Below, piece after piece: positions 1-11,813 of a stretch of 64,000 nucleotides of DNA; position 1 is the stretch's first letter, and each line of letters opens with the position of its first letter. Where the stretch lies: the NCBI GenBank assembly GCA_030390025.1, contig CM059432.1, forward strand, positions 127,908,001 through 127,972,000, given 5' to 3'. A program made the translations under genes and the position numbers. The stretch is from Squalus acanthias (lineage: Eukaryota). The notes below the pieces were generated by a model. That model saw only the letters and a program-made list of their open reading frames with translations, was not told the DNA's origin and searched no databases.

Positions 1-64
1 CCCATCCAGCAAAATATTTGAGGATCGCTGAAACCATATTGCTATGATTTGGTGTACTAAACAT

Positions 65-359
65 GGGGTACGGTAGCATAGTGGTTATGTTACTGGACTA
101 GTAATCCAGAGGCCTGGACTATTGATCCAGAGACATGAGTTCAAATCCCACATGAGTTCAAGTTGGGGAATTTAAATTTAAAAAAAAAAGCTAGTATCAG
201 TAATGGTATCGTATCACTGATGTCCTTTATCTGCTGGTCTGGCCTACATGTGACTCCAGACTCTTAACTGCCCTCTGCCACTCGGTTGTATTCAAGGGCA
301 ATTAGGGATGGACAATAAATGCTGGCATTGCCGGCGACGTCCATATCCCGTGAATGAAC
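65..359 (+). mobile_element. tRNA-derived SINE whose 3' tail matches the LINE family at 16165-18320
   Basis: Pol III A-box-like CGGTAGCATAGTGG (71-84) and B-box-like GAGTTCAAATCCC (137-149). The 3' end CAATTAGGGATGGACAATAAATGCTGGC matches the LINE end at ~18255-18310. Confidence 0.8.
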
Positions 360-367
360 AAAGAATT

Positions 368-569
368 TGACCCCTCAGCTCCATCTTTGCTGTCAGACTG
401 ACATTCAGTTTTGGATGATCCGTAACTTCCTGCTAAACAAGATCTCCTCCTGTCATAAACTCCCTATCCTCAACATCAGCTCCATACACTGTCTCAGGCT
501 GAACCAGACTGTTCGCAACTTTGACTAAACTGAGCTTCCGACCCCATATCCTCTCCATCACAAAACACT
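368..569 (+). mobile_element. L2 LINE fragment (5' part, interrupted by the RTE)
   Basis: CTGTCTCAGGCTGAACCAG...GACCCCATATCCTCTCCATCACAAA is homologous to the minus-strand L2 copy at ~50270-50390; continues at 4244. Confidence 0.7.
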
Positions 570-3500
570 ACCTTCTCCTCTTTTTAGGCAGTCCCTCGGA
601 ACCGAGGATGACTTGCTTCCACACTAAAAATGAGTTCTCAGGTGACTGATGAGTCCAATGCGGAACCTACAGTCTCTCACAGGTGGGGCAGACGGTGGTT
701 GAAGGGGCGGGTGGGTGGGGTGCTTGGGTTGACGTGCGCTCCTTCCGCTGTTTGTGCTTGGCTTCCGCTTGCTCCCGGCGAAGAGACTCGAGGTGTTCGG
801 CGCCTTCCCAGATGCTTCTCCTCCACTTTGTGCGGTCTTGGGGGTGTCGGTGGGGATATTGCATTTTTTTCAAGGAGGATTTGAGGGTGTCCTTGAAGCG
901 TTTCCTCTGCCCACCTGGGACTCTCTTGCTGTGTTGGAGCTCCGAGTAGAGCGCTTGTTTTGGGAGTCTCGTATCGAGCATGCGGACGATGTGGCCCGTC
1001 CATTGGAGCTGATCGAGCGTGGTCAAAGCTTCGATGTTGGCCTGAGCGTGAAAACTGACATTGGTGCGCCTATCCTGCCAATGGATTTGCAGGATCTTGT
1101 GGAGGCAGCGTTGGTACCTCTCCAGTGCTTTGAGGTGCCTGCTGTACATGGTCCATGTCTCTGAAGCATACAGGAGGGCGGGTATCACTCCTGCTCTGTA
1201 GACCATGAGCTTGGTGCTGGGTTTGAGGTCCTGGTCTTCAAACACTCTCTTCCTCAGGCGACCGAAGGCTGCACTGGCACACTGAAGGCGGTGTTGGACT
1301 TCATCGACGTCTGCCCTTGTTGACAGTAGGCTCCCGAGGTATGGAAAATGGTCCATGTTGTCCAAGGCCTCATCATGGATTTTGATAATCTGGGAGCAGT
1401 ACTGTGGCGGGGGCAGGTTGATAGAGGACCTTTGTCTTACAAATGTTTAGTGTAAGGCCCATGCTCTCGTACGCTTCGGTAAAGGTGTTGACGATGGTTT
1501 GGAGTTCGGCCTCAGAGTGTATGCAGACGCAAGCGTCGTCTGCATACTGTAATTCGATGACAGAGGATGGGACGACCTTGGATCTGGACTGGAGGCGGCG
1601 GAGGTTGAACAGTTTCCCGTTTGTCCTGTAGATTAGCTCCATTCCAGCAGGGAGCTTACTGAGGGTGAGATGGAGCATTGCAGCCAGGAAGATCGAGAAG
1701 AGCGTTGGTGCGATGACCTAGCCTTGGTCCGTACGTGAATTGGGTCTGTGGTGGATCCGTTGGTCAGGATCACTGCTTGCATGTTGTCGTGAAGCAGGCG
1801 GAGAATGGTGACAAACTTTTGACGGCAGCCGAATTTGAGGAGGACACTCCATAATCTCTCTCGGTTGATGGTGTCGAAGGCCTTTGTAAGGTCAAAGATG
1901 GCCATGTACAGCGCTTGGTGGTGTTCCCTGCATTTCTCTTGTAGTTGACGCGCGGTGAAGATCATGTCCATTGTGCCCCTTAGTGGGCGGAATCCGCATT
2001 GCGACTCTGGGAGGAGCTCTTCAGCCTCTGGGAGAAGGCGATTGAGGATTCTTGCAATGACTTTCCCTGTGGCAGACAGCAGGGAGACTCCTGTGTAATT
2101 ACCGCAATTGGATTTGTCACCTTTCTTGAAGATGGTCAGAATTACGGTGTCTCTGAGATCCCCTGGCATGCTCTCCTCCTTCCAAATAAGAGAAATTAGT
2201 TCATGTATTCGCGCCGATAGTGCTTCTTCGCCATGTTTTAGCGCCTCGGTGGGGATTCCATCTGCTCCTGAGGCCTTGTTGTTCTTCAGTTGTCGGATGG
2301 CCTTTTCAACCTCATGCCGGGTTGGGGTTGTGCTGAGGTGGTGGCGGGTAGCACGCTGCGGGATGGAGTTGAGGACACTCGCGTCGAAGACAGCGTCTCG
2401 GTTAAGGAGATCTTCGAAGTGCTCCTTTCAGCGGGCACTGACTGTCTCTCTGTCCTTGATGAGTACCTCTCTGTTCTTGGCCCGCAGTGGGGTAGGACCT
2501 TGGGTGCTTGGGCCGTAGGTGGTCTTGACTGCGGTAAAGAATCCACGCACGTCATGGTTGTCGGCTAGCTGCTGGATCTCCTGCACTTTCTCCACCCACC
2601 ATCTGTTCTTCAGCGGGCACTGACTGTCTCTCTGTCCTTGATGAGTACCTCTCTGTTCTTGGCCCGCAGTGGGGTAGGACCTTGGGTGCTTGGGCCGTAG
2701 GTGGTCTTGACTGCGGTAAAGAATCCACGCACGTCATGGTTGTCGGCTAGCTGCTGGATCTCCTGCACTTTCTCCACCCACCATCTGTTCTTTAGGTTGC
2801 GAGTTTTTTGTTGGACCTCGGCCTTCAGGCGTCTGTAGAGCTGCTTTCTTGCTCTCAAGTTGTGTTGCTGTTTCCAGATCAGGAATGCCTTGTGCTTGCG
2901 GCTTATTAGCTCCTGGATCTCCTGGTTGTTCTCGTCGAACCAGTCTTGGTGTTTCCTGGTCGAGTGACCGAGCGTCTCTTCACAGGTGCTGATTATGGAG
3001 GCCTGGAGTGCAGACCAGGCACTGTGGACACTCTGTGTCTCTGAATCACTGGGAGTCAACAGGCTGGTTGCGAGGTGCAGGCTGAATAGGGCTATCTTAG
3101 CAGGGTCTTTGAGTGCTCCAGCGTTGATTTTCCTGTGGCATTGCTTCTGTTGCCGCTGCTGTTTTGGGGCTACGTTGATGGAGATGACAGAGCGGATTAG
3201 GCGGTGGTCTGTCCAGCAGTCGTCCGCTCCTGTCATGGGGCGCGTGATGCGGACGTCCTTGCGGTCCCTCGCTCGGACGATGACGTAGCCCAGCAGATGC
3301 CAGTGCTTGGAGCGAGGCTGTTGCCATGAAGCCTTGTAGTTGTTTCTCTGACGGAACAAGGTGTTGGTTATGACGAGGCCATGTTCTAAGCATTTCGTCA
3401 GGAGGAGGGTACCATTGGAGTTGGCTTTCCCTAGCCCCCCTCTGCTGATCACACCTCCCCAGAGGTCTGTGTCCTTTCCAACTCTGCCGTTCAAGTTGCC

Positions 3501-4154
3501 AAGGAGGATCAGCTTGTCGCCTGTTGGGACTCGGGACAAGGATTGTTCGAGGCTGGAGTAGAATTCCTCTTTGGTCTCGTCTGTGGCTTCCAGTGTTGAG
3601 GCGTACGCACTGATGACCGTAGTGCACTGGTTCCGAGTCATGAGGCGTTCATTTATTCCACAAGGGGAGTCTCTGAGATGTTCAATGAGCTCATTTTTTA
3701 TGGCGAAGCCTACCCCATGGAGGTGGCGTTCTTCAGGTTTGCCTTTCTCGAAGAAGGTGTAACCACCGCCTTGCTCCTTGAGCTGGCCTTCCCCTGCCCG
3801 CCGGGTCTCTCTTAGGGCGGCGATGTCTATGTCGAAACGTCTGAGCTCCCGGGCAACGGTAGCAGTACGGCGTTCCGGTCTGTCGCTGTTGGGGTTGTCC
3901 ATGAGGGTCCTGATGTTCCAGGTCCCGAACTTCATTTTAAAGGGTGGAAGATGCCTGTGCGTGAATTCTTTTAACGTGGGGTGGCTGTTGCACACCAGCT
4001 ACCACACGGGCTTGACAGAGCAAGGTCTTGGTCCAATGACCAAGGGATCCAAGACAATTGGAGACCAGGCTCTGCTACATCAGCCTAGCACACACACACA
4101 AACATACTCCTACTGTCCTCCTCCCTCCTTCCCACCGGTCTTCTCTGCCTGGAT
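570..4154 (-). mobile_element. Near full-length RTE (BovB-like) LINE, frameshifted
   Basis: APE endonuclease (MKFGTWNIRTL...ETR...DCWTDHRL, ATG at 3935), RT motifs (PESQCGFR, FDLTKAFD, LQYADD) and C-terminus (FPYLGS, LLYASETW, CPTC) split over several frames; flanked by an 89-bp direct repeat. Confidence 0.95.
2429..2792. repeat. 182-bp tandem duplication inside the RTE ORF
   Basis: 2429-2610 and 2611-2792 appear identical; the ORF track repeats the same peptide in 2286..2555 and 2552..2737. Confidence 0.95.
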
Positions 4155-4243
4155 TCCATACACTGTCTAAGGCTGAACCAGGCTGTTCGCAACCTTGACT
4201 AAACTGAGCTTCTGACCCCATATCCTCTCCATCACAAAACACT

Positions 4244-4866
4244 GTCTACTTCCTCCTCTGTAACATCGTTCACCCCTTGCCTCTAATTTATCCCATCTGC
4301 TGATAAAATCTTCTTCATGCCTTTGTTACCTCCAGAAATGACTCTTTCAGTACGCTTCTGGCTGGACTCGCATCGTCCGCCCTCTGTAAATTTCAGCTCG
4401 TATAAAACTCTGCTGTCCATATCCTCTCTTCCAGTGACCATGTTTGCCCATCACCACTGTATTGGCTGACTTGCATTGTACCTGCCCCCCCCCCCCCCAG
4501 TGCCTCAAATTTAAAATGATCTTTGTGTTTAAATCCCTCCTTGGCTTTGCCTCCCCCGATCTCTAACCTCTTCCAGCCCTACAATTCCTCTCCCGATCTC
4601 TCCATTCCTCTGACTCTGGTCTCTTGTGCATCTCAGCTCTATTTGTACCACCATTGACAGTGATGCCTTCAGCTACATAGGCGCTATGCTCTGGAATTGT
4701 GTCTCTATTTCTTCACGTCATTTAACAGCCCTCCTTAAAACCCACCTCTTCTAAGCTTTGGTCACCCCTCCTAATCTCTCCTTTGGCTTGGAGTCTGTTT
4801 TCCTTAAGCCTCTATGAAGCGGCTTGAGTTTTTTAACGTTTAAGGTGCTGTATAAATGCATGATGT
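4244..4866 (+). mobile_element. L2 LINE 3' fragment
   Basis: Typical L2 3' region (CATGCCTTTGTTACCTCCAGA, CTCTGGAAT, TTAAAACCCACCTCTT, GGTGCTGTATAAATGCA). Confidence 0.8.
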
Positions 4867-7478
4867 TCTTGCAGAATGTTCTTTCCTTCAGAAATTATTA
4901 TTGCAATCTTTAATTCTTTAGTGCAAGTTATTCATAAGACCAAAACAGAAGGGGTATGAAGCAGTTTATTTTAATACTTAAAGGTCACAGTCAGGTTGAT
5001 ATCAATGGTGGGTCCAATCAGTGAGGTGCTCCATAGAATCAGCAGTGATCAGCATCATCTTCAGCTCTGGGTGTTGATGCTGAATATTTAGTGTTATCAA
5101 AGATCCTTCGGTTAAATTTTTTTTTTGCCTTTATTGGGTGTTGAATCACATTCATAGATTTTAATCATACTGTGATAATTATACTTTTTTAATAAAGCAT
5201 TATATTTTTTAATGCAAGTTTTACTGAGGGGTTTTTCTTTCCCGTGCCCCATATTCATCCAAAAAGAAATTCCTGGCATATCACAGCAAGAGGCAAAGCA
5301 AGACTCTTTCTGCTCTGACCCAATACTGACCTTTCATTCCTAACCTGCTTATTGGTGTGATACAAATATGAACACTACTATTCAACCTCTGGGACCCGGG
5401 TTTGAATAGCACATAGACTTGAACCCACGACCTTATGAGTCAGGTGTGAGTTCCACCAGTGAGCCAAGGCTGACATTTATTATTCATATACCTGACGTCG
5501 TGATAGGTGTTGGGAGTTCTGGTTTGCTGCAGTGACATCTCTTATCATTTGAGTCCAAATACATTTTTAAAAAGAGGGAAAAAGTTTGCAACACAGACTG
5601 TATGATACTTTTTTGTGGTGGTGGGGAGGGAATCAGTATTTTCCCTACATTAGTAGTCACTCCTGTAAATTCAGCTTTAAATAACAGGATATAATCATTG
5701 ATAAATGGTTAACTGCCATATAAATTGTCTTCAATTTGAACTCCATGCAGCTTTCCTCCCATTAACAAAAAGAATCTTCTGTGGTTAATCTTCCATTCTT
5801 GCTTAGGATGTCCAACTCTGCTAGAGGCATTACTGAAGGTTTGATCATGTGGCGTCTGATCTGCAAATGTTATTGCATTTACCTTTTTTATTAAGGTTAA
5901 GTCCCCTGTAGTTGAGTATCTTTGCTCGTGGTTTTGCGCCAGCAGCCATTGTGCAAGAAGTTTCATGAATCTGGAGATCACCCGCGAGCAGGTGAAAAGG
6001 GGAAGGTGGGGGAGTGATTTGCAGAGGGGAAACCAGGTGGGAGGAACTTTGATTCCACCAATAACTAATAGTAACTCACTGAAAACCAATATTAATCCAA
6101 TAACTCACTGGTAGTCTAAATGTAACTGGTAGTAATAGGTGTAATGCCCCAACACCCTACCTGTAAGTCTAATTAGTAGTAATCCTATAACCTGCTGATA
6201 TTCACCCTGAAATTGCAGCCAGAATCAGCCTGCACTGCACAAGGCGTGGTCAGGCTCCCCAGTCAATACCACTTTTAATAAGGCCGATCTTTCTCCCTAT
6301 CTATTTGGACTCTGATTTAGACTAAGGTTCTGTGTGAAGTTGCCATCTCTGAACTGGAAGCTTCAGTCAAAGCCAATCTGTACTTGGACCTCACACTTCA
6401 AAACCGGTTGGCACGGTTAAACTGAAACGTGAGATCGCACAAAGGGCAGCCGGCTTGTTGTTAGGGGCACTTCTCATGGGGCACATCATCCTAAACCCAG
6501 CTTGGCACCAACCTTTCTAAGTGACACCCTGGGCTCTGTCAATAAAGGAGAATTGTCATAGAATGATAGAAATTACAGCACAGGAGAAGGCCTTTCGCCT
6601 CCGGTGCCAGTGCTGGTACTCTCTTGTAGCCCCATTCCCCCCAGATCGTTTTATATGCTTTTTCAAATATTTATCCCATTCCCTTTTAAATGATGGTCTA
6701 GACTCTGCCTCAACAGCCAGTTGTGATGAAGCATCCCATGGCCTAATAGCCCTCAGTTCAAGACCGTTCTTGTCCCTTGGTTCTTCCAGTCCCCTTGTTC
6801 TATAGTCGCCCACCAGTGGAAACAATCTTTCACTTTTTACCCACAGTAAGTCCCCAGGTTTCACTCGCCCCTTTTACTGGCTGTTCTTCTCACGCTCACC
6901 ATGTTGCTGCTGCTGCTGCTCCTCCCGGCTCTGTAGAAAATGCTGGTCCCTACCCTGCCTGTACCCCAATTACTTCGACCCTCAGTTTCCCTTTCTTCCC
7001 TTGTCCACCCATCCTCAACCCCCATTTCTGTCTCCCTCTCTTCCCCAAACCCATCTTTTCTCTATCTCTATCTCTATCTCTCTCCTGAGCCCACCCAATT
7101 GTTTCTAGTGCACCAACCAGTCCTGACTCTCTCTGGTGGTGTGGGGGAGGCAACATCATGGAGTGTTGCAGGAGGGGGGGGGCCGCGGGGTGTGTGCTTG
7201 CTGCTGCAGCATGAAACTTAAAGCACCAAGATGCTATGAGTAGCAGCAGCCGGAAGATGTATGCCCTATTCCAGGAAACTCTGAGCAATCCCGAATGGTT
7301 GACAATCCTTGTCTTATTCTATTTATTGCCTTTTATTAAATTGAGTTCGTGCCAGTGGGCTAGAGTCACATCTATGAACTTCTGCCAATGAATGATCTTT
7401 GTTGAACAGGGAAGGTGCATTTTAATACCCTGCAGAGTTTATATCAGGTTCTACAATTACAGTCTTTGGTATTATTTA

Positions 7479-8087
7479 AAAAGGCTAATGGAATGTTGGC
7501 CTCTATCTCAAGAGGGCTGGTATACAAAGGGGTGGAAGTTATGTTACAGCTGTACAGAGCTCTGGTTTGACCCCATCTGGAGTACTGCATTTACTTCTGG
7601 GCACCGCACCTCAGGAAGGATATATTGGCCTTGGAGTGGATGCAGCGCAGGTTCACCAGAATGACAGGTTGCATAGACTAGGCTTGTATTCCCTTGAATA
7701 TAGAAGATTAAGGGGTGATCTAATTGAGGTGTTTAAGATAAATCAAAGGAGTTGATGGGGTAGATAGAGATAAACTATTCCCTTTGGTGGGGGAGTTAAG
7801 AACAAGGTGGCACAACCTTAAAATTAGAGCTAGGCCATTCAGGGGTGATGTCCGGAAGCACTTATTCACACTAAGGTTAGTGGGAATCTGGAACACTTTC
7901 TCCCAAAAAGCTGTTGAGACTAGGTCAATTGAAAATTTCAAAACTGAGATCGATAGATTTTGTTAGGCAAAGGTATTAAGGGTTATGGAACCAAGGCGGG
8001 TAGATAGAGTTAAGATACAGATCAGCCATGATCTAATTGAATGGCGGAACAGGCTCAAGGGACAGAATGGCCTACTCCTGTTCCTAT
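7479..8087 (+). mobile_element. CR1 (HER1-like) LINE 3' fragment
   Basis: [22 protein letters not shown] and RTRWHNLK remnants; tail GATCAGCCATGATCTAATTGAATGGCGG...GGCCTACTCCTGTTCCTATG. Confidence 0.9.
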
Positions 8088-8401
8088 GCATGGCATGCCA
8101 CGAGAAATACACTGTGATTGTCATGAGCTGCCAAGAGACTTGGCATTTAACAGTAATCTTCAGTCCTTCATTCTTGGCATCTCACCTGCACTGTAGACAC
8201 GGGCTAACCTAGTTGTGCCACAAATAAGAAAAGTGTTTTACATCAGTGCTGCTATGGTTTTGCGATGTTCATGTAACCTTAGTGAGAAATTTGGGTCTGC
8301 CATAGAAAGCTTCTTGGATTTAGTGGTGATAGTCGCTGCTGAAAGCGGTCGGAGTGTCTTACTTTTATGGGAGAATGTTCACACTGCCCTGTATCTACTG
8401 G

Positions 8402-8550
8402 CAATCTTCCCTCTAATTTGCGGTCTAAGTGTGCAGTCCCTTTAAATTTGCTGCAAGGTATCTTCCAGCGGCAGCAGCTGGTGAGCGGCCTGCGCGGGAC
8501 CTCCCGATTGGTGCGCGGCCATGTTGCTCTGCACCTGAGGGGGAACATTG
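8402..8550. mobile_element. hAT-type MITE (older copy)
   Basis: TIRs CAATCTTCCCTCTAA / TGAGGGGGAACATTG, same family as 29525-29686; flanking 8-mers match only 5/8. Confidence 0.65.
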
Positions 8551-9024
8551 TCTGCATGTACGATAGTGTAACCCAGGGGTGTAACAATTGTGACCTCAAC
8601 TAGATACCCATTTCTTTCACACACATGTTCTTCACATTTCTCTTTCTGCCAAAAATTAATGCTACTATTGGTTGCATGAATGGTATGGGATTCCCCTGTG
8701 TCGTCTTATGCGTAAGCCTGCTTCAAAAAGAATCTTTGGGGGTAAAAAGAAGCTAACAGCATCACTGCAATTCATGATGTGGAGTTGAAAAAGTAATAGA
8801 ATGACAAACAGAACTTTTAATTACTGGAAAGTGTAAAGCCACTTGTTTATATGCTACAAGCACAACAGACTGCTTAAATCACTGTAGTCTGAGTTTTGTT
8901 CAGTGCTGACATTAATTTCATTCAGAAACCTTCGAAGAAAGCCTAAAAATAAGTTAGACCCACCAAAGGAAATTATTATGCATTTTTTTTAAATAGCTCA
9001 TCTCGTGTGGCATTGCAAATGGGG

Positions 9025-9375
9025 AGTTTAGCCTTGTACGGTGCTGAACGTTCTTGAAGTCCTTGAATGTGTTGTCGTCTCCCAAATCCGTGCCCATCTT
9101 GCCTGCAATTCCATGTTTAAACCTCTCCAATCATGTTTCTGCCCCTGCCTCAGCACTGAAACGGCCCAAATCAAAGTCACAAATGACATCCTATTTGGCT
9201 GTGACCGTGGTGACCTCATCCTTCTTAATCCATCTCCAGACTTCAACACGGTTGACCACAGCATCTCCTCCAATGCCGCTCCTCCGTTTCTTCAGCCCAT
9301 TTCACCAGTCTATGTCCTCCTGAAGTCTGCTACTATCCTCCTTACTGTTTGCTACAAACTACTTGGCGATGCATC
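9025..9375 (+). mobile_element. L2 LINE RT fragment
   Basis: Peptide VLECVVVSQI...LQSCFCPCLSTETAQIKVTNDIL...DFNTVDH, a decayed QSGFR/STETAL/AFDTVDH. Confidence 0.8.
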
Positions 9376-11464
9376 ATTAAAAAAACTGTTATTTTTCCAT
9401 CAAATACAGCAGGTTGGATTGCAATGGCCTGGATAGAATTCATTATTTTCTTGCAGTTTATCAACAACAAATTATTTATTCTTTGTATAAAAGCATTCCC
9501 AAAAAGCACAAGACACAAAATAATGAATATATAATCCATTAGCACACAAATTTATGATCAGAATGTAATATAACGTCAAGTTAGGATGGAAGTGAATGGA
9601 ATTTACTTTTTCAAGGTTGAGTTGAGCCACTGGTACAAAATTAGTCTCAAATTCCACAGTACAGAAAACATAAGTTGTTCAGTAGGAAGGGAAATTTAAG
9701 TGAATTAACCTGACTTGGGAAACCATGAAATTTGACTGGGCAGCTTTTGCCACAGTGTGACTAATGGTGGGAGAATTTAAAGGGAGTTTCAGATAAGTAC
9801 AATGGTACTTTAATCTTCCAGCTTAAGCAGTAAAAGTACTACAACCAGTTGTTATCAAGTGTCGCAAGTCATGACAAAATTGTGACACAGGAAAGACGAC
9901 AGTACACCCATCGTAAGCAAGTTAATATATTATTAGTTGATCACCTGTGGCTTTGTACACAAGGAGTCAAGACCAAGTGTAATCTTCAGATGAAGTGGGG
10001 TTAGAATATGGGGGAAGAAATGGATCAGGGCACTGATAATTCAGCCCGCATTTTCAAATCGTACATTCTGTCCTTGTGCTTATATAATAGTTCAATCTTT
10101 GTTATTACTATACAATCTCCCATGGGGTTGCACACAGGTATTGGCTTTTTCTGTTTAAGCATAGTTAGAGGGTGAGGAATAATGGAACCAAAGTGGATGA
10201 ACGGGGCAGAGGAGCAGGCAAATGAGTGGGCAAGAGGGAGGGGAGGCAGGAAGAGGTGGTGAGTGGAGGGAGAAGACAATGGGGGAGAAAGTGCTGAGGA
10301 AGTGGAATTCAGATCAGTAGGGATAGGGGATTATGCCATGGAACAGCTATCCATCGGGGAGGAGAAATACAGCTGGTTGTGTGAGGAGGAGGAGGTATGC
10401 TATTAGGAAATGCAGTCTGGAGGGGTGGGAGGTGTTGAAGTTGAATTCTTGATTAGTGGATTGGAGAGAAGGGGTTAGGAAAAAATCTTGTTCAAATTTT
10501 TGAGATTGAGGGCCCAAACCTTGCTCAGTGGAGGGTGTTTGGAAGCTGAAATCTTCCTTGTGCACAGTCCGAGCTGGAACCTTGCTCGGTGTGGTGGTGG
10601 AGCAGGGAGTGAGTGTTGCAGTATTGCTTTGGGGCGGGGGAGGGGGTGCAGGTGGATGTCAGGAGTTTCCTGAGGGGCTGATTGACCCTAACTTAACACA
10701 CATGATGTCCAACAGTCACAGAGGCAGGCCCTGGCCCCATTGTGATCAATTGGTTATAGAACTTCAGATTTACAGCACTAACTTCAGATGCAATACCATT
10801 TTTCATAGAATCATAGAAACTTACAGCACAGAAGGAAACCATTCGGCCCGTCGTACCTGTGCTATCTCTTTTAAAAGAGCAGTCGTGCTTCGTCCCTCTC
10901 CCACGCTTTTTGTCCGTAACACTAAGTTCCTCATCCTCAAGTACCTGTCCAACTCCCTTTTTAAAATTATTTATGGAATTGGCTTCCTCCACCTTTTCAG
11001 GTAGAGCGTTCCAGATCCTGACAACTCTTGAGTGAAAAAAATTCTCCTCATCTCCCCTCTAGATCTTTTGTCAATGATTTTAAATCTGTGACCTCTGGTT
11101 ATTGACCCATTCACCAAAAGGAACCGTCTTTATCTACTGTATCAAAACCTGTCATCGTCTTGAAAACCTCTATTAGGTCACCTCTTAACCTTCTCTGTTC
11201 CAAGGAGAACAGTTCTAACTTTTCCAACCTTTCCTCCATAACTGAAGTCCCTCATCCCTGGTAAACCTCATCTGTACTCTTTTAAGGCCTTTACATCATT
11301 CCTGAAGTGTGATGCCAAGAATTATCCACAATACTCCAGCTGAGGCCTAACCAGTGATTTATAAAGTTCTAGCATGATCTCTTTGCTTTTATATTCTATG
11401 CCTCTATTTATAAAATTGAGAGGTCGCACAACACCAGGTTATAGTCCAACAGTTTTATTTGAAA

Positions 11465-11507
11465 TCACAAGCTTTCGGAGCTATCGATTTGCTCCTTCCT
11501 CAGGTGA
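11465..11507 (-). ncRNA. Minimal type I hammerhead ribozyme (mirror copy)
   Basis: Exact reverse complement of 11771-11813. Confidence 0.85.
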
Positions 11508-11770
11508 AGTAAATTAGATACAGAATCTCCAAAGCATATATAGATGGAAAACAAAGCATGTGTATTTTACAATTGCAGACCAATAAATTAAATCATCCTG
11601 ACTATCTGCCGAGGTGTGATAAAGTTAATTAAGTCAGCCAGGAACTTAATTAACTTTATCACACCTCGGCAGATAGTCAGGATGATTTAATTTATTGGTC
11701 TGCAATTGTAAAATACACATGCTTTGTTTTCCATCTATATATGCTTTGGAGATTCTGTATCTAATTTACT

Positions 11771-11813
11771 TCACCTGAGGAAGGAGCAAATCGATAGCTC
11801 CGAAAGCTTGTGA
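11771..11813 (+). ncRNA. Minimal type I hammerhead ribozyme, intact core
   Basis: TCAC-CTGAGGA-A-GGAGC-aaatcgata-GCTCC-GAAA-GC-TT-GTGA: helix I TCAC/GTGA, helix II GGAGC/GCTCC, palindromic helix III AAGCTT; predicted cut after 11809. Confidence 0.85.

Noticed and set aside
65..150. tRNA gene (also 58913-58970)
   Set aside because: A/B boxes run into SINE bodies and LINE-derived tails; no complete cloverleaf.
2610..3995. 461-aa ORF as a host gene
   Set aside because: It is the RTE endonuclease region, cut by the internal duplication.
6380..6440. Hammerhead at CTGAAACGTG
   Set aside because: No upstream CUGANGA box or helix II.
6800..7290. hAT-like MITE ending GGTTGACAATCCT
   Set aside because: Matching left TIR and TSD too degenerate to support.
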